A program made the translations under genes and the position numbers. A DNA stretch of 63,809 nucleotides, the filler included, from Polymyxa betae A26-41 (lineage: Eukaryota; Protista; Endomyxa: Phytomyxea): assembly GCA_003693705.1 (NCBI GenBank). It is 7 parts of 7 records of this genome, joined end to end, with 100 filler letters (N's around TTAATTAATTAA, not from the genome) between each part and the next. Parts side by side here need not be neighbours in the genome. Positions count along the whole stretch, not along the records: positions 8,907 to 18,720 come from RBZT01000114.1; positions 18,821 to 37,151 come from RBZT01000865.1; 5 more parts are not named here. One strand, 5' to 3'. The notes beneath the pieces were generated by a model that made no database searches, was not told where the DNA came from, and was given only the letters and a program-made list of their open reading frames with translations. Positions 10,255 through 23,200 of this stretch are shown here, piece after piece. The first letter of the stretch is position 1; every line of letters begins with the position of its first letter.

Positions 10255-12881
10255 GAAATCGAAGGCGCTGATAGAAGAGGACGCTCCAACTTCTAGAATC
10301 GAGTTATCCGGCAATTGTTTATGTTCGTTCCTTAAAGCAATCGAACTCCAGACGAACTGTGTATCCGATGGAAGGAGATTCAGGCTTGATGCTCAAAATT
10401 TGCAAGATATCTTGCAGCGTCCAAATCGCCACCATCATGTGCCCATCCGCCTATACAAAGGCTCCTCCAGGCGGTCTGAATCTGCTTTCATACAAAGTTG
10501 GCATGTCACTATTTCAGACAGCATCCATTTTGACCCCAGATTCGGGATCATCTGCAAAGACGTGGTTTAGAGCTTATTAAGAAGATATCTGGCAGATAGG
10601 GCCCTGATGCACTCATTTTATTAAGAAAACGTCTCGTGATACATTTCGAGCAGATTGAGCAGGACATTGTCCAGTATGTCCAGGACAATAATTCTGACGG
10701 AACTGATAATGGTCTACCTACTGTCCAAATATATGAGAGAAATAATTGACATTATTGTTACAGTGATATTGAAGACATAAGAGAGCTGGATAGACGGAAT
10801 CTGTCAGGTAGTCCGTCAGATCAGATGGAGAAATCAAAATTTGCTCCTTCATGCAAATACTAATTCGCTGAATACACTCCAACAAGAGCTCCTGTGATAT
10901 ATAGCCAGATTAATACAAATAAACTTGGACACAGTAATACCGTCTTGAATCCTTTCATAGAATATCTCAATACACAATGGCCTCCAATATCACAAGTTAG
11001 TTGGGATTTAAGCGAGTATCTCTTATCGTCACTGACAATGAGATTCTCAAATCCGCACGGTTTAGTCTGGATATTGTGCCTAGAACAAAGCTTGTAGAAG
11101 TGACTATGCCGAAACGGATTTCCCCATCGAGATTGAAAGATCCGAAGATCATTCTGACAGCATCTGCTAAGACATGAAAGCACTGGGAAACATGTTCGCC
11201 GCAGCCAATCACTACAGCGATGACGTTTCATGTTCAATTTCGGGTCGGTGATCTTGGCCCGAACTGTTCTTAGAAATAAACTGGCCACCAATATCAACTT
11301 CTCCAATGTCGTAGCCGAAGTCGATATTTTGGAGGTTTCGGTCAATATGATCTGATCATCGAGAACTTTGATAATAATGGGGATTGTTGCTACATGTTTT
11401 CTGCCCGTTGATGGGATCAACATGTTTGTAACGGTCAAAAGCGTTTCCTCGTCATCATCAGGCAGCTTTTTCTGTATGACAGTTTCAATGTGAGATTCTG
11501 CATTCTATATGAATACAACTCACCAGAAAAGCACACAGAGAAGTATAGTCGTTGACGATCTCAACATTGAAATCGAACAAATTCAGAAACTCAGGCGAAA
11601 CGTTATAAAATGGCCAAGCCAAATCCTTTCCTACTGACCAAGAATTGATCCGTTTTAAAGAAGGATTTTCGTCACTCTGTAGAACGGGACGGTCAATAGA
11701 GATGAAAGAGCTATCTCGGACCGAATTCATAGACTGATTGGCAGTTAACAGTTTAGATCGGCATTCATCTGCGGAACATTGTTGAAGGAGGCTCCAATGA
11801 GGGAACGGATTCCCCCAGATGATCTGAAACATTCGGAGATCTTTCTGACAGCAATGCATAACACATCTCAACAAAGGACGACAGATATCATACATCTGAT
11901 ACCGTAATCTTCGATCAACCGTCTTCCAAGTCCATTCATATTTCCGGGAGGCCCAGATCAATTTCCGATACAGATTCGTAATCAGAATCATCTTCTGTAA
12001 TGTGCTCTGAGCAGAACGGATTCCTTCGATTTCGCTCACATCCAGATCATGTCCTTTCACATTGATAACGAGTGGAGAGTTGATCCCGGACCAATGACCA
12101 TCATCACCATCGGAGTTTGAAGACAGAAATTGAAGTTCCTCATCATTAGGTTCTTTGTTCTAGTATACAGTCAATATTCAGCCGGACAGAACTGCTCCTC
12201 AGAAATCACCAGAAACTTGCAGAGACTGTTATAATCATTGATATCAGTCACATCATGATTGAAGGAAAACAGAAAGTCGGTTGACGATGACGTCTTGTTT
12301 ACATGACGCCGTTTCCGGGAGAGATTGTCAACTCGTACATTATTCTGAATACGAATATATCAGATGTTTCTAGCCCTTATGATTAGAGAAGCAAACATTA
12401 CATTGATAGTTTCCTGAATAGGAGGAAAAAGCGGAACATTATCTGTATGATGTAATAAAGATGTTGGTGTTGATAGAAATCCAACATCAGGTTGGGTGTT
12501 TTCATTCTCAGCAAAAAACTGCAATATTCATCAATTTCATAATATCACAGTTATACAGTAGAAACATTTCATACATTGAATTCTCCATTCAAATCAAGTA
12601 AGGGATCAAAGAGGTTATTGAAATAGGGAAGGTCCGAGAAATCTTGATTTGCATAGGGATCATAGAGAATCGGTTCCTTTTAATGCATGTTAAAGAGATG
12701 TGACTACTTTCTGACAGAGCAGCAATCTTACTTCAGTTTCTGTAACGTGGAGGTCCAGATCCGAGACAGTAACATTAGTCGCTTCCAGATAGTCGGTAAC
12801 ATTACTTGGACCAGAACTGAATGTAGCAGCCAAGCACTCCGATAGGCTCAGTATCAGGAAGACAGCCACATGACCATCCAT
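10255..12881 (-). CDS. Secreted protein family, copy B, with two tandem Cys-containing domains (3' end uncertain)
   Basis: Signal peptide MDGHVAVFLILSLSECLAA; exons 11485-12060 and 10860-11438 share LxKxILxxxL...CxPxLxCxxxCCQxDLRxFQxxWGNPFxH. Confidence 0.7.
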
Positions 12882-14385
12882 TGTCAGGGAAATGAAATGT
12901 CTGTTTGTCGGACTTTGGTTTTTGGTCCGGTGTTGGAAAAAACAATTCTGCGCGCAGTTTTCTACCTATTTTTCAAGATTTTCTGTCTATTTTTGAATCG
13001 GATTCACTCTCTGTATTCTTTTCTCGTCAGATATTATTGATTATTGTGCGTAAAATCGTATATACAGAATTTAAAAAGAGAGGAATATTCTCAGATGTAA
13101 TGACTCCTTAGCAACCGTTTTCTGCGTGACAAACTGTGTAGAATTTGAGCCAATTAGAGCAGGACATTGTCCAGTAGGGCCAGGATAGGACTGGATTGGA
13201 CAGCATTACTCACATCTGTTCAGGATGGGCGCTTAAGTTACCAGAGTGCGAAGCCTGAAACCTATGTCCGGGTTATCTTTCTTAAACATAGGCGAAACAT
13301 CTTCGGAAAGCTGCTAAAAACAAATAAAGCAGCGGCAGTTTTAATGCTGGCAGACACACCGGAACTGCGCAGACCTGCGTTTTACCGCATTTTCGGACCT
13401 GCGAATTTTCACGGCCATTTCGCAAGCTCACGCAGAATTTTGCACGTCGAAATGCGTGGACAGATATTTGCGGAGCATTGCAGATATTCGCATGAGCATC
13501 TGCGTAAAATTTACATATCCAAAACGCATGTAATCACCGAATAATTGCAGAGAAACGCAATCAGGATAAATTAATTTTTTACAATAAAATCGCAGCTATC
13601 TCTAATCAATCAATCTCGAACAAAGTAAAGTAATATCTGTTTTGAAGTTTATTGTTCAAAGTTATTCTCAGCCTAGCCAGATCAGCCAATACATCACCCG
13701 TAGGCAATCCAATTAAAATTGCCAAGAATCTCTTTCATATGCAATATAAGTAATCCCGACAAGAATACTTGCTTTCAGGCGGCTGTTACAGGTTCTATCA
13801 TTTTCCAAGAAAGTCAGAAGAACGTACCACTGGTCATCATTTTGTCCAGGAGACCGGCCGTTTCACAGGTAGCTGTACAATTGGTACGTAAGATTCTACA
13901 GCTCTATGCCGACAGCAGCCAAGATCCACCGGTATTAAGCACCCTAAAACGGGCCATATGGATTTTACACTTCGCTTGAAAAGACATCGGAAAAGAGCAT
14001 GTAGACTTTCTGATACCATTGCAGGATGGCCCAGGTAACGACTTCAGACATACAAGTAGGCGTGAAGAGAAGAGGGGTCATCCATTATTTCAGGAGACCG
14101 GCCCTCGCGACAGAGGGCCGTACACCTCATCATATCGCCTTTAGTCATAGCCGGGCCCAGGCGCAAGACTTGATCTTGGTGTGAAGTCGACAATAAAAGG
14201 TGAAAGGAATGAGGACAAGAGGGTGCACGGAGTGCGTACGGTGTCTGCGCAGCCACGCTCAGTTTCGAATCAAAAACAGCGCCAGTGACGGCGTAATAGT
14301 GCGCCACTGTTGTAATAAAATGCGTCAGTGCGTTTGGAAAAATTGCGTGCAATAGATTCATTAACTGCATCAAAACACGTTTGTA

Positions 14386-15401
14386 ATGGAGAGTGCAGCT
14401 CCAGGCTCTGTTGTTTTCTTCTTATTGGAAGGAAAACCTGTCGCAAGGGTCGCTTTGCTGTCTGAGGAAAATGATCCCCATCAACATGTTGGCATCGTTC
14501 ATGGTCATGATGTCGATTTGCAGTTCGAAAGAGGGGTTAGGGTCGTTCGAGTTCTAGTCGAAAGTAACGTTCCTTCGGTGTCGACAAGCCCTTCAAATGA
14601 AGAAATTTTGGTGAGAGGTCTAAGGTTTGTCGCGCCACTTGATCATCTGATATTCAAGGTTGATACTGCATGTAAGTGTATGCTCTGAAAAATATCACCC
14701 AAATATGTAATAATTGACTACCTGAAATCCAGGCAAACGTCAACGATCAAGCAGCTACGAAATCGAGCTGTCTGACATACGGGATGCTTACTGGTCACCC
14801 CCGTACTGGCCCTGTATCTGTTGAGTTGCTGAAACAATTTCGGATGAAGACTGCCAAACAGCATGACTCCTGAGCGAATGAAGATGCGTCAGCTGCTTCG
14901 TGATCAAATCGCATACAGCAAGTGAGTAAATCATAATGCTCTTGGAACCGGTCCTCATATTGTAGCATATCTCGTGAAACAGTTGATGCCGATGCAGAAA
15001 GGCTGTTGAATCTTGTAACAGTGCAATTCCCTGCTGCGAAGGCGACAAAGCAGTTGATCCGTGATGGTTTGCAGACGTGCTGTTGATAGAGTGCTTAATA
15101 ATTAATAGTTTCATTCACAGAGCTGTTGGCGAAGTTGTCTGATATGAAAGCCAAAGAAAATGCCAAAAATCGGAAGCAGCAGTCACTGCCGAAAGAAATC
15201 GGAGAGTACTGTTTCCCGAAGGATTCGCTTGGTTTTCTGTTGGAATCCGTGTATGAAGATTTCGTGCGCCTCAACCAAAACAATAACGTTGTTTTTGACA
15301 TCAATACCAGCAGCTTAGGTCAAAAAACTAGAAATCAGGTTTTCGCCCACCTTCAGAAGCGCTGCCAGGAAGATGCAGGTAAACCAACACAAAAACGATA
15401 G
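14386..15401 (+). pseudogene. CACTA accessory (TnpA/Transposase_23-like) gene
   Basis: VARVALL..VGIVHGHDVD..VRVVRV..GLRFVAP resembles the Tnp1/En-Spm-like domain; spliced, with internal stops. Confidence 0.45.
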
Positions 15402-15535
15402 ACATTTGCTCACAAAATCCATGATGACCTTTCCTGCATTTTTCAATAAAACTTGTATCGCAAAATATCTGGTACGCCATCTCAACCGATAGGACTTTGA
15501 TACTTGATCATCGTTGACCTATCTCCATCCTTAAT

Positions 15536-18262
15536 ATGACTGGAAACAAGTTCCATCGAGCTAGCAACGAGCTGCAGCGGAAATGTTTCTGTAGATCTCA
15601 TAGCTGCAAAGGCAAAAGCGTCCACCCTCAAACGTACAAGCGACATCAGATCGACGATCTTAACAGAGAAGACAATTTAGATGAGCTGTCCTCGATTGCT
15701 TCGGAAACTTCTGCTGATCTACCAATGATTGAAACCATTGATTATGCACAAGAGGCATCGGAGTCGACGATAAACGATGGCGGTAACTCAATTGAAAGCA
15801 TACCTGACGAGGAAGATCATAGCGTTGATTATATCGTCCCATCAAAGTTGAGTCCGGCTCATGATGTTAATGGTGATGACTTTTCAATCAGCACCCAACA
15901 ACATTCCGAAATTGAAGATAGCATTGAGACGCTACCTGCGATAAAAGAACGTCATATCGATGATCCATCGAAATCAGCCTTCGACTTCGATCGACGAATC
16001 ATTAGCGCCATGAACGGTGCTAGAGCATTGCTACAGAGTTCATCAGTGATTGCAGAAAATCAGATGTCTGAGCTTGGGATCACACATCTGAGCCACCTAG
16101 AAAGCATCAAGATAAAAATTATGCAGTTTGTGGATCAGTGCCTTCGGGCAGGAGTGAATAGGAGAGGCTTCGACGATCTAATGACGTCATACCTCGCAGC
16201 CCTATCCAGTCGAATGGATGAATTGCCGGGTCAAGACTTACCTCGGTTCGACAGCTTTCCTGAAAACTGGAAGCAAACAAAGTCAACTACTCTGCGAGAT
16301 ATCTTCCTGAAACTCAAGCCAATACCTTTACAATCATGCCCCGGAGGTCACTGTATATTCGCCCTTGAGAATGAGAATGAGCGGCAATGTCCTCAGTGCC
16401 ATGTATCAAGACAGAACGCCCGAACATTTCTGTACTGGCCACTCTCGTTTGACATCCAGGTAAAGGTTTTGCACACTTTTCACATCTAATAATTCCAAAT
16501 TCTAGATCCGTTTTGCTTTTGTAGCATTTGCCAGTTTGTTCTGGCAAGGTTACGATGAAGTTGATGCCGCCGTCATGGAGTATAAGAAGACACAGACCAA
16601 GGAGGAATCCATGTGCGATTGGTTCCATGGGGACCTGTTCTATGACCATTACGTACCATATCATGACAAAGAGAAGCAGGTTGCGAAGAATGGTAATGAA
16701 TTATTGATGATGCAATCCCCTTCTTATCTTTGTTCATAGAGGCAATACATGACAATCGCCTTGTCACATTGTTTCGATGGTTCTCATCTACACAACTCTT
16801 CTAAAATATCGGTATGGCCTCACCTCTTCTCATATCTCACACTACCATCATTCGCGCGTTGCAAACCTTCAGCAGTAGCAATGACTTCGTGCTCATATTA
16901 TTCAAGCCAAGCGTACTTCCAACTGGTTGCTCATGAAATGAATCTGATCAATAAAGAGGGACTTTGGATCTTCGATTCATCCAGGAATCAATTAATTAAC
17001 GTATGCTAGCGTTTTTGCGTTAATGCACCAGCAACTGATCGTCTGCAGGTAAAACTGAAGTTAATGACCAGCATGGCAAATTTACCTGCCTTTGCAAAGG
17101 CAATGATGAAAGCAGGATCATCGAGCATTCATGGAGCATGCATTTGTTCTATCGTTGGAGTGAGAGCGAATAAGCGGACCTGTCGTTTGGGATCTTACAG
17201 ATTTCTCCCTCCAGCCCATCCATTTCGCAAGAAAGCATTGATACCAAAATGCTTGGATTTACATCGTAAATCTCCAGCACCAACGTTTTGGACGAAAGAT
17301 CAGATAGTTGAGGCAGGTTGAAATGATATGCGATTGGTTTCAATATCCAGTCCTAACCCGAGTACAGGAATCGAAGCGAGTCGTTACGAGCTGATAAAAT
17401 CAAGAGCAGGACGCTGAGCGCAACAAAATGCTTGAAAGTGTACGACAGATCAAACGATCTCTCCCACCCTTACAAACAACCAGGGCCAGGACAGTATGGA
17501 ATAGACAACTTGACCAGCGGTCTGGACAATGGTTGGGATCCTAGTAGACAGTATAAATCCGATTTTATGCATCATATAGGGGTAGGTTGTTGATTCTGGC
17601 AGTTGTTTGCTGATGCTAACTGGCGTTTTTGTATAGAATGCTGTCCGAACCTTGGTTGAGGCCCTGGATTGCGAGAGTAATGGTTCCGGATTGGTGTTCG
17701 ATTATGAGGCTCGGCTGTCGGAAAAGTCTCTAAACAGGCTCAACAGTGTTTGGGAGCAAGACGCTGAGCTCCAGTGGGCATTGATTCCAGGAAGCCGTAA
17801 AGCTATATCTGAACGAATCAAGAATTTACTGGTTCCGGACAGTAAGAGGGCAGAATTTTTTGAGAATTGTAGTTGTTAACAACACTCAGGGACCGAAGAG
17901 CTATTCAACCCGTTCATCAGATCGCAAGTAATGGTGAAGAATTCTCAGTGGCATATGCTGCTGCATGGGCTGTTCAAATTTCTAACCAAAGGGCTGTTCG
18001 GAGAGAGCATCCAGGCTCAGAGCTTCCAGAAGGCTCTATACCGGTTGTTTGATGTTCTGTCAGGCTGCATGTGTTCAATCTTGAGACGATCACAATTGCA
18101 AAAGCTTCATCTCGCAATTGTGGAATCTTTGGCACGGCTGGAAGAAGTAATAACTGTCTCGGTTCTGTTTCAATGCTAACTTTTCATTCAGCAAATGCCA
18201 AGTATGCTGTTGACTCTGCCGGTACATTTTATTCTTCATATATGTCATGCCCATTGAGCATG
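15536..18262 (+). CDS. En/Spm (Transposase_21/DUF4218-like) transposase, intron-containing, possibly decayed
   Basis: CFCRSHSC..H; SCPGGHCIF..QCPQCHVSR..FLYWPL; CFDG..SVWP..LP; EMNLINKEGLWIFD; ANLPA; YRFLPPAHPFRK; DFMH; LQKLHLAIVESLARLE. Confidence 0.8.
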
Positions 18263-18381
18263 NNNNNNNNNNNNNNNNNNNNNNNNNNNNNNNNNNNNNN
18301 NNNNNNNNNNNNNNNNNNNNNNNNNNNNNNNNNNNNNNNNNNNNNNNNNNNNNNNNNNNNNNNNNNNNNNNNNNNNNNNNN

Positions 18382-18690
18382 CCATTCCGATCAACTCCGA
18401 AATTCATACGTTTCTCATCTCGTCTCCGACTCTCTATTGCTTCGTTCTCTCGCCTCGCCTCACCTCCGACTCCCCTCCGACCTTCGTCTCCGCTCCGCCT
18501 CCGTCTCACCGGCACCGCTCCGTACGTCCTTCCTACGCTCCACTACGATCCCCTCACCGCTCCACTCCGACCCTCTCTCCGCTCCACTCCGTGCCCCGCC
18601 GCTCCGCCTCCGAGGACTCCCTGACGTCGCTCCGTTGCAGGACACCGGTCCCCCGCGTCCTACCCTCTGCTCCCGAGTCATCGCACCGCT
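18382..18690. repeat. GC-rich, pyrimidine-skewed low-complexity tract (CTCCG-like units)
   Basis: Many ctccg/cctcc units; composition differs sharply from the flanks. Confidence 0.7.
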
Positions 18691-18820
18691 TATCTAACCA
18701 ATAAAAGGGGACTTTTTACTNNNNNNNNNNNNNNNNNNNNNNNNNNNNNNNNNNNNNNNNNNNNTTAATTAATTAANNNNNNNNNNNNNNNNNNNNNNNN
18801 NNNNNNNNNNNNNNNNNNNN

Positions 18821-20117
18821 TGAGACCGGACACATTCGCTCAAAATCCCTCTCGAGCTCGTGATGGCCCAAACACAAGACCGGACACATTTGCTCAAGAT
18901 CCCTCTCGAGTTCGTGATCACCCTAACGATGGCCTAAAGATGAGACCNNNNNNNNNNNNNNNNNNNNNNNNNNNNNNNNNNNNNNNNNNNNNNNNNNNNN
19001 NNNNNNNNNNNNNNNNNNNNNNNNNNNNNNNNNNNNNNNNNNNNNNNNNNNNNNNNNNNCGATGGCCTAAAGATGAGACCGAACACATTCGCTCAAAATC
19101 CCTCTCGAGCTCGTGATGGCCCAAACACAAGACCGGACACATTTGCTCAAGATCCCTCTCGAGCTCGTGATCACCCTAACGATGGCCTAAAGACGAGACC
19201 GGACACATTCGCTCAAGATCCCACTCGAGCTCGTGACGGCCCAAACATGAGACCGGACACAGTTGCTCAAGATTTCTCTCGATCTCGTGATCATCCTGAA
19301 GATGGCCTAAACATGAGACCGAACACATTCGCTCAAAACCCCTCTCGAGCTCGTGATGGCCCAAACACGAGACCGGACACATTTGCTCAAGATCCCACTC
19401 GAGCTCGTGATGGCCTAAACATGAGACCAAACACATTTGCTCAAGACCCCAATCGAGCTCGTAATCATTCTGACGATGGTCTCAACATGAAACCGGACAC
19501 ATTCGTTCAAGATCCCTCTCGAGCTCGGGATGGTTTAAACATGAAACCGGACCAACTTGCTCAAGATTCGAGCCGAGCTGTTGATCATTTTGACGATAAC
19601 CTAAACATGAAACCGGATAGATTTGTAGAAGATCCCAGTCGAGATCAGAAAGCTGCGACACACAATGACGACGGTCGAAAGACCAAGTCGGTAGTTGATG
19701 ACCCGAATTTAGATTTGCATCATATGGCACCCGATCAGGTTCCCGAACGGCTTGAAGATCTTGATATATTTCGTCCCGATCCAAATTCTGACGAAATTAG
19801 TCGCAAGGACAGCAATACTCCTGACGTTACGCTGCGTAAACGCTCGAAGAATCATCCGAATTTGTCATCGTTATTTTTGGATGCATTAGAGCGAGCCGAG
19901 CGAGCCAGTAAAGAGAGTGTGGATTCTCTGCAAGGTAGAGCATCGCTTTCAGTTCTCAGCATGGTTATTGACTGCAATTACAGATGAGCGGGATCCGTTG
20001 CAAGGAAGTTCAAGCGAAAATGATTTGACGGCTAACCCGGAGGCTACTCCATTGGAAAGGCTGGCTCTCTGTTGCTCCTGGTTGTGTGGAAATCCTGTAC
20101 CGGAAACACAGCACTAA
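18821..20117 (+). CDS. Tandem-repeat protein (16/20-aa units DGxNxRPDTFAQDPSRAR[DHP]), 5' end in gap
   Basis: 48/60-nt repeats from 18821 to ~19640; intron at ~19936-19983; last exon DERDPLQG..LALCCSWLCGNPVPETQH*. Confidence 0.8.
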
Positions 20118-20269
20118 AATAGTTTTGATTCTGACTAATACACTCATAAAAACTGTGAACACTAACCTTCTTCTTCCTGATTTTGTTAAAGGAGCAGAAA
20201 ACCCGAAATAACTAATAAGCGACAAAGCATAAAAACATACTGTGTTGAATATATATTAAAGTCTTTAGG

Positions 20270-23200
20270 TTTACACCATTTCTGATTCGCTCCGAAGCCC
20301 TTTGAGCTCTATTTGCAGTTTCTGGATCCGCATTCTCGATTCTGTCAGGCCAAGTATAGCTCTTGATTCAATAGAGGCCAGGTTTTCGCGGGAGTTATGC
20401 AAACGCGATTGCACTCGAGAGCGCATCATTTCCAAACGCTTTCACTGAATTCAGTAACAATTATAAAAACAATTCCAACAGTTACCTTTTTTAGAAAGAC
20501 ATTCGTTTCGACAGCCTTTTCCGAGACTTCGGCAACTAGATCTCACGTAAGAAAGCAACTTGGTGTTATTAATATATCGAAAAAATACCATCCGGTAACG
20601 TCACGGGCGGTATTGTCGGTGTAAGCGTTGACTGGTGAGCGAGAAGGGCCTGATTCTTGAAATTTCTTGTCAGTATATACCTGTTTATTGCTCTAGAAAA
20701 GTGTTACCTGCATTTCCAGAGTGGCTACGATGGCTTCATGCTGCGACTTCTGCTGGTCTATTGCATGGGTCAGGTTGGCATTGGTAGCCATTTGTAACCG
20801 AAGCTGTTGACGAGTTTGCTCCAGCTGCAATAATGCCTCTTCAAGGTCCTACACAGTAAGTTAGTTCCGACATTTCGATATTCTTGAAGAAGTCACATTG
20901 TTTACAGATTCTTGTTCTTGAAAAAGATCGCGGTTCTTTGCCTGCAAGGATGCATTATGCTTTTGCAGTAAATCTGATGCTTGTGCTTGACTTCAAGGTT
21001 ATCAGCGACGAAAAGAGACTCAATTGCTTGCAAACTACCTACCTTTGGGTGGTTTCTTCCAACGATTTGCATTTCTTCTGATAATGCGACAGCCTTTCTT
21101 TGTGGTCCAACAATTGTCGTTGAGCGATTTCTAGCATGTCTTTAGCATTCTGCCAACAGCAATGATTACAGTATCAAGTGTGGGAAAATTAGCATTTGCT
21201 ACATTTTCCTTATTCGATTTTGTTGCCTGTATCGCAGAATCTTTCATTATCGCCTGATCAGTTTGAGTTGACGCCGATACAACTACCCGCCTGTTTGAAT
21301 GTTGCGAATCTGAAACGATCGTTTTCCTAGAATTCACGTCACCGTTTTTATACTGATATGACACTTGAAATACGATGAGTAATCCTTCGATATCCTGCCC
21401 CGCTTCTTTTCAATTGAAGAAGGATGCCTGTTGGTACTGCGTGAAGACCGAGTCTGTTTCTCTCCAAAAGAAGACTTCGATCCATCCGGAAAGGCATTAT
21501 GTTTTGCATCTGGATCGGTGTTAACGGCATCGACGTTATTTTTCTGTATGTTGGCAAAGGGAGGAGAAATGTGATGATCTTGCAATTAATAAATGATTTG
21601 CATAGCCCTTATCACATAAATTACCTGAATTTAAATTGTACTCCAGAAACTTTTCCTGATGATCTGCAGCTTCACCTTCGCCAGTTAAAGTTGAGTTAGA
21701 TTTAAGCTGATCATTTCGACTATGCGAAGATTTATAGTAGTTAGTTGTTGACTTTGCGTGCTGCACTAGAGAGCTATGCTGTTCAGAGGTTGGTTTTGCT
21801 TCAACGGATGAAAAGGAATTCGGGCCCTTTACAATCTGGGATTCCCCATCGATACCAGATGATATGCTGTTATGAAACGGAAGAACTAATGGTTGTTTTC
21901 CAGCAGGAGGTGAATGGGTCGGATGATGATCAGACCCTTTGCTGTACCTTGGAGATTTCGACCTGGACCTTGGTGATCTCCTGATTGATCGCAGCGCATC
22001 AGCATCGTTTTCCCTATGTCCCTTTGAAGACACAACCGGATCGGTAGAATTCGTGCCTCTGGTCGTTGAATGCCCTGATGCTTTTGAGGGAGCAGAACAT
22101 GATTCTTTCGAGGGTGCATTATCCTTTGAACGTGCCCGAGAAGAATGATGAGAGTGCTGCATTGAATCCCCAAGTGATTTGTCAATACCAACTATCGAGC
22201 GCCCTTCTTCAATGACGATAGGATTTCCTATAGAAGTCGATTTCTCAATACTTCCGGCGGTATCTGATTTTGAATATAACTCTAATTTTGGGGACAATAT
22301 GGAATCAGAGGTAATAGAAGTTTGCGGTCCTGCTGATTCGCAAGCATTACGTGGCCGGCCTTGTGCAACGGATAATCTCCTCATTCGTAAAGACAAGCCT
22401 CTTGATTGACTACCGTCATTATCTGACTCGCTGGTGTTACCCATTGAAAGAATATTTTTACGTTGAACGGCAATCGAATGCCGCCCTCTCCTGATCGGCT
22501 GCAATCGAACAATAGATTTGGGTGACGAAGAATTTTCAGTAGTTGGCTTAACAGCGTCGGGCCGTCTGTGATGACCTTGTTCATCGTCTTCTCGAGGTGA
22601 CATCTCGGATCCCGATGATAGCCCAAATTCTTGAGCCTGTCAGCAATTTGAAATCAAGCTATTGCAAAGTTTCATTTGCGGATTACATTGAACCGTGTCT
22701 GAATAGCAGCAGTAGAAAGATGATTCGTCGCGGAAGGTCTTGAAGTCGGTTGCTCATCTATAGCACCAGCAACTTCATTGTCAGACGGGTCCCGTAATGA
22801 TTCATTTTCTTGCTGCGTTTGTGCAGGAGCGAAATGTTCAACCTAAACAGGTTTGTGAGGAGATGGTACTGGTAGTTGAAATCGGGCATCTACCTCAACA
22901 ACAAGGTCTGCCATTGGTTCGATTTCGGTTAGATGCGCTACAGCCTTTTTCTCTGCAATAGTTTCCTGTGAGAATTTCAGCGTTTAAATTGCATAGAAAC
23001 GCCAAAATCCTTCCAAGTTGAACGTTTGTCAACAATGCTTATACCTTTTCCAACTCCTGATTGACCCAAGGATCTTGCTTGGCCGTTGATGTTACTGATT
23101 GCTCAGCTGCTCTGATTTGCAAAGCGACAGCGCGACTGAACGAATAGCCGAATACAATAGAGCCTTGCTCAACGAGAATCGAAATCAATTTCGTAATATC

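Larger units (their letters stand above)
13345..18262 (+). mobile_element. CACTA/En-Spm superfamily element (left end approximate, right end in gap)
   Basis: TnpA-like and TnpD-like genes in tandem; subterminal (ctgcg/cgca)-rich motifs at 13345-13560. Confidence 0.65.

Noticed and set aside
18071-18697. Long ORFs spanning N runs and the GC-rich tract
   Set aside because: Artefacts of reading through gaps and low-complexity sequence
18690-18720. a|TCTAACCAATAAAAGGGG resembles a Helitron 5' end
   Set aside because: Only ~28 bp before a gap; no 3' hairpin/CTAG end or Rep-helicase to support it
18821-19640. Regular repeats resembling a CRISPR array
   Set aside because: No unique spacers; units are multiples of 3 in one open frame; eukaryotic context with no cas genes
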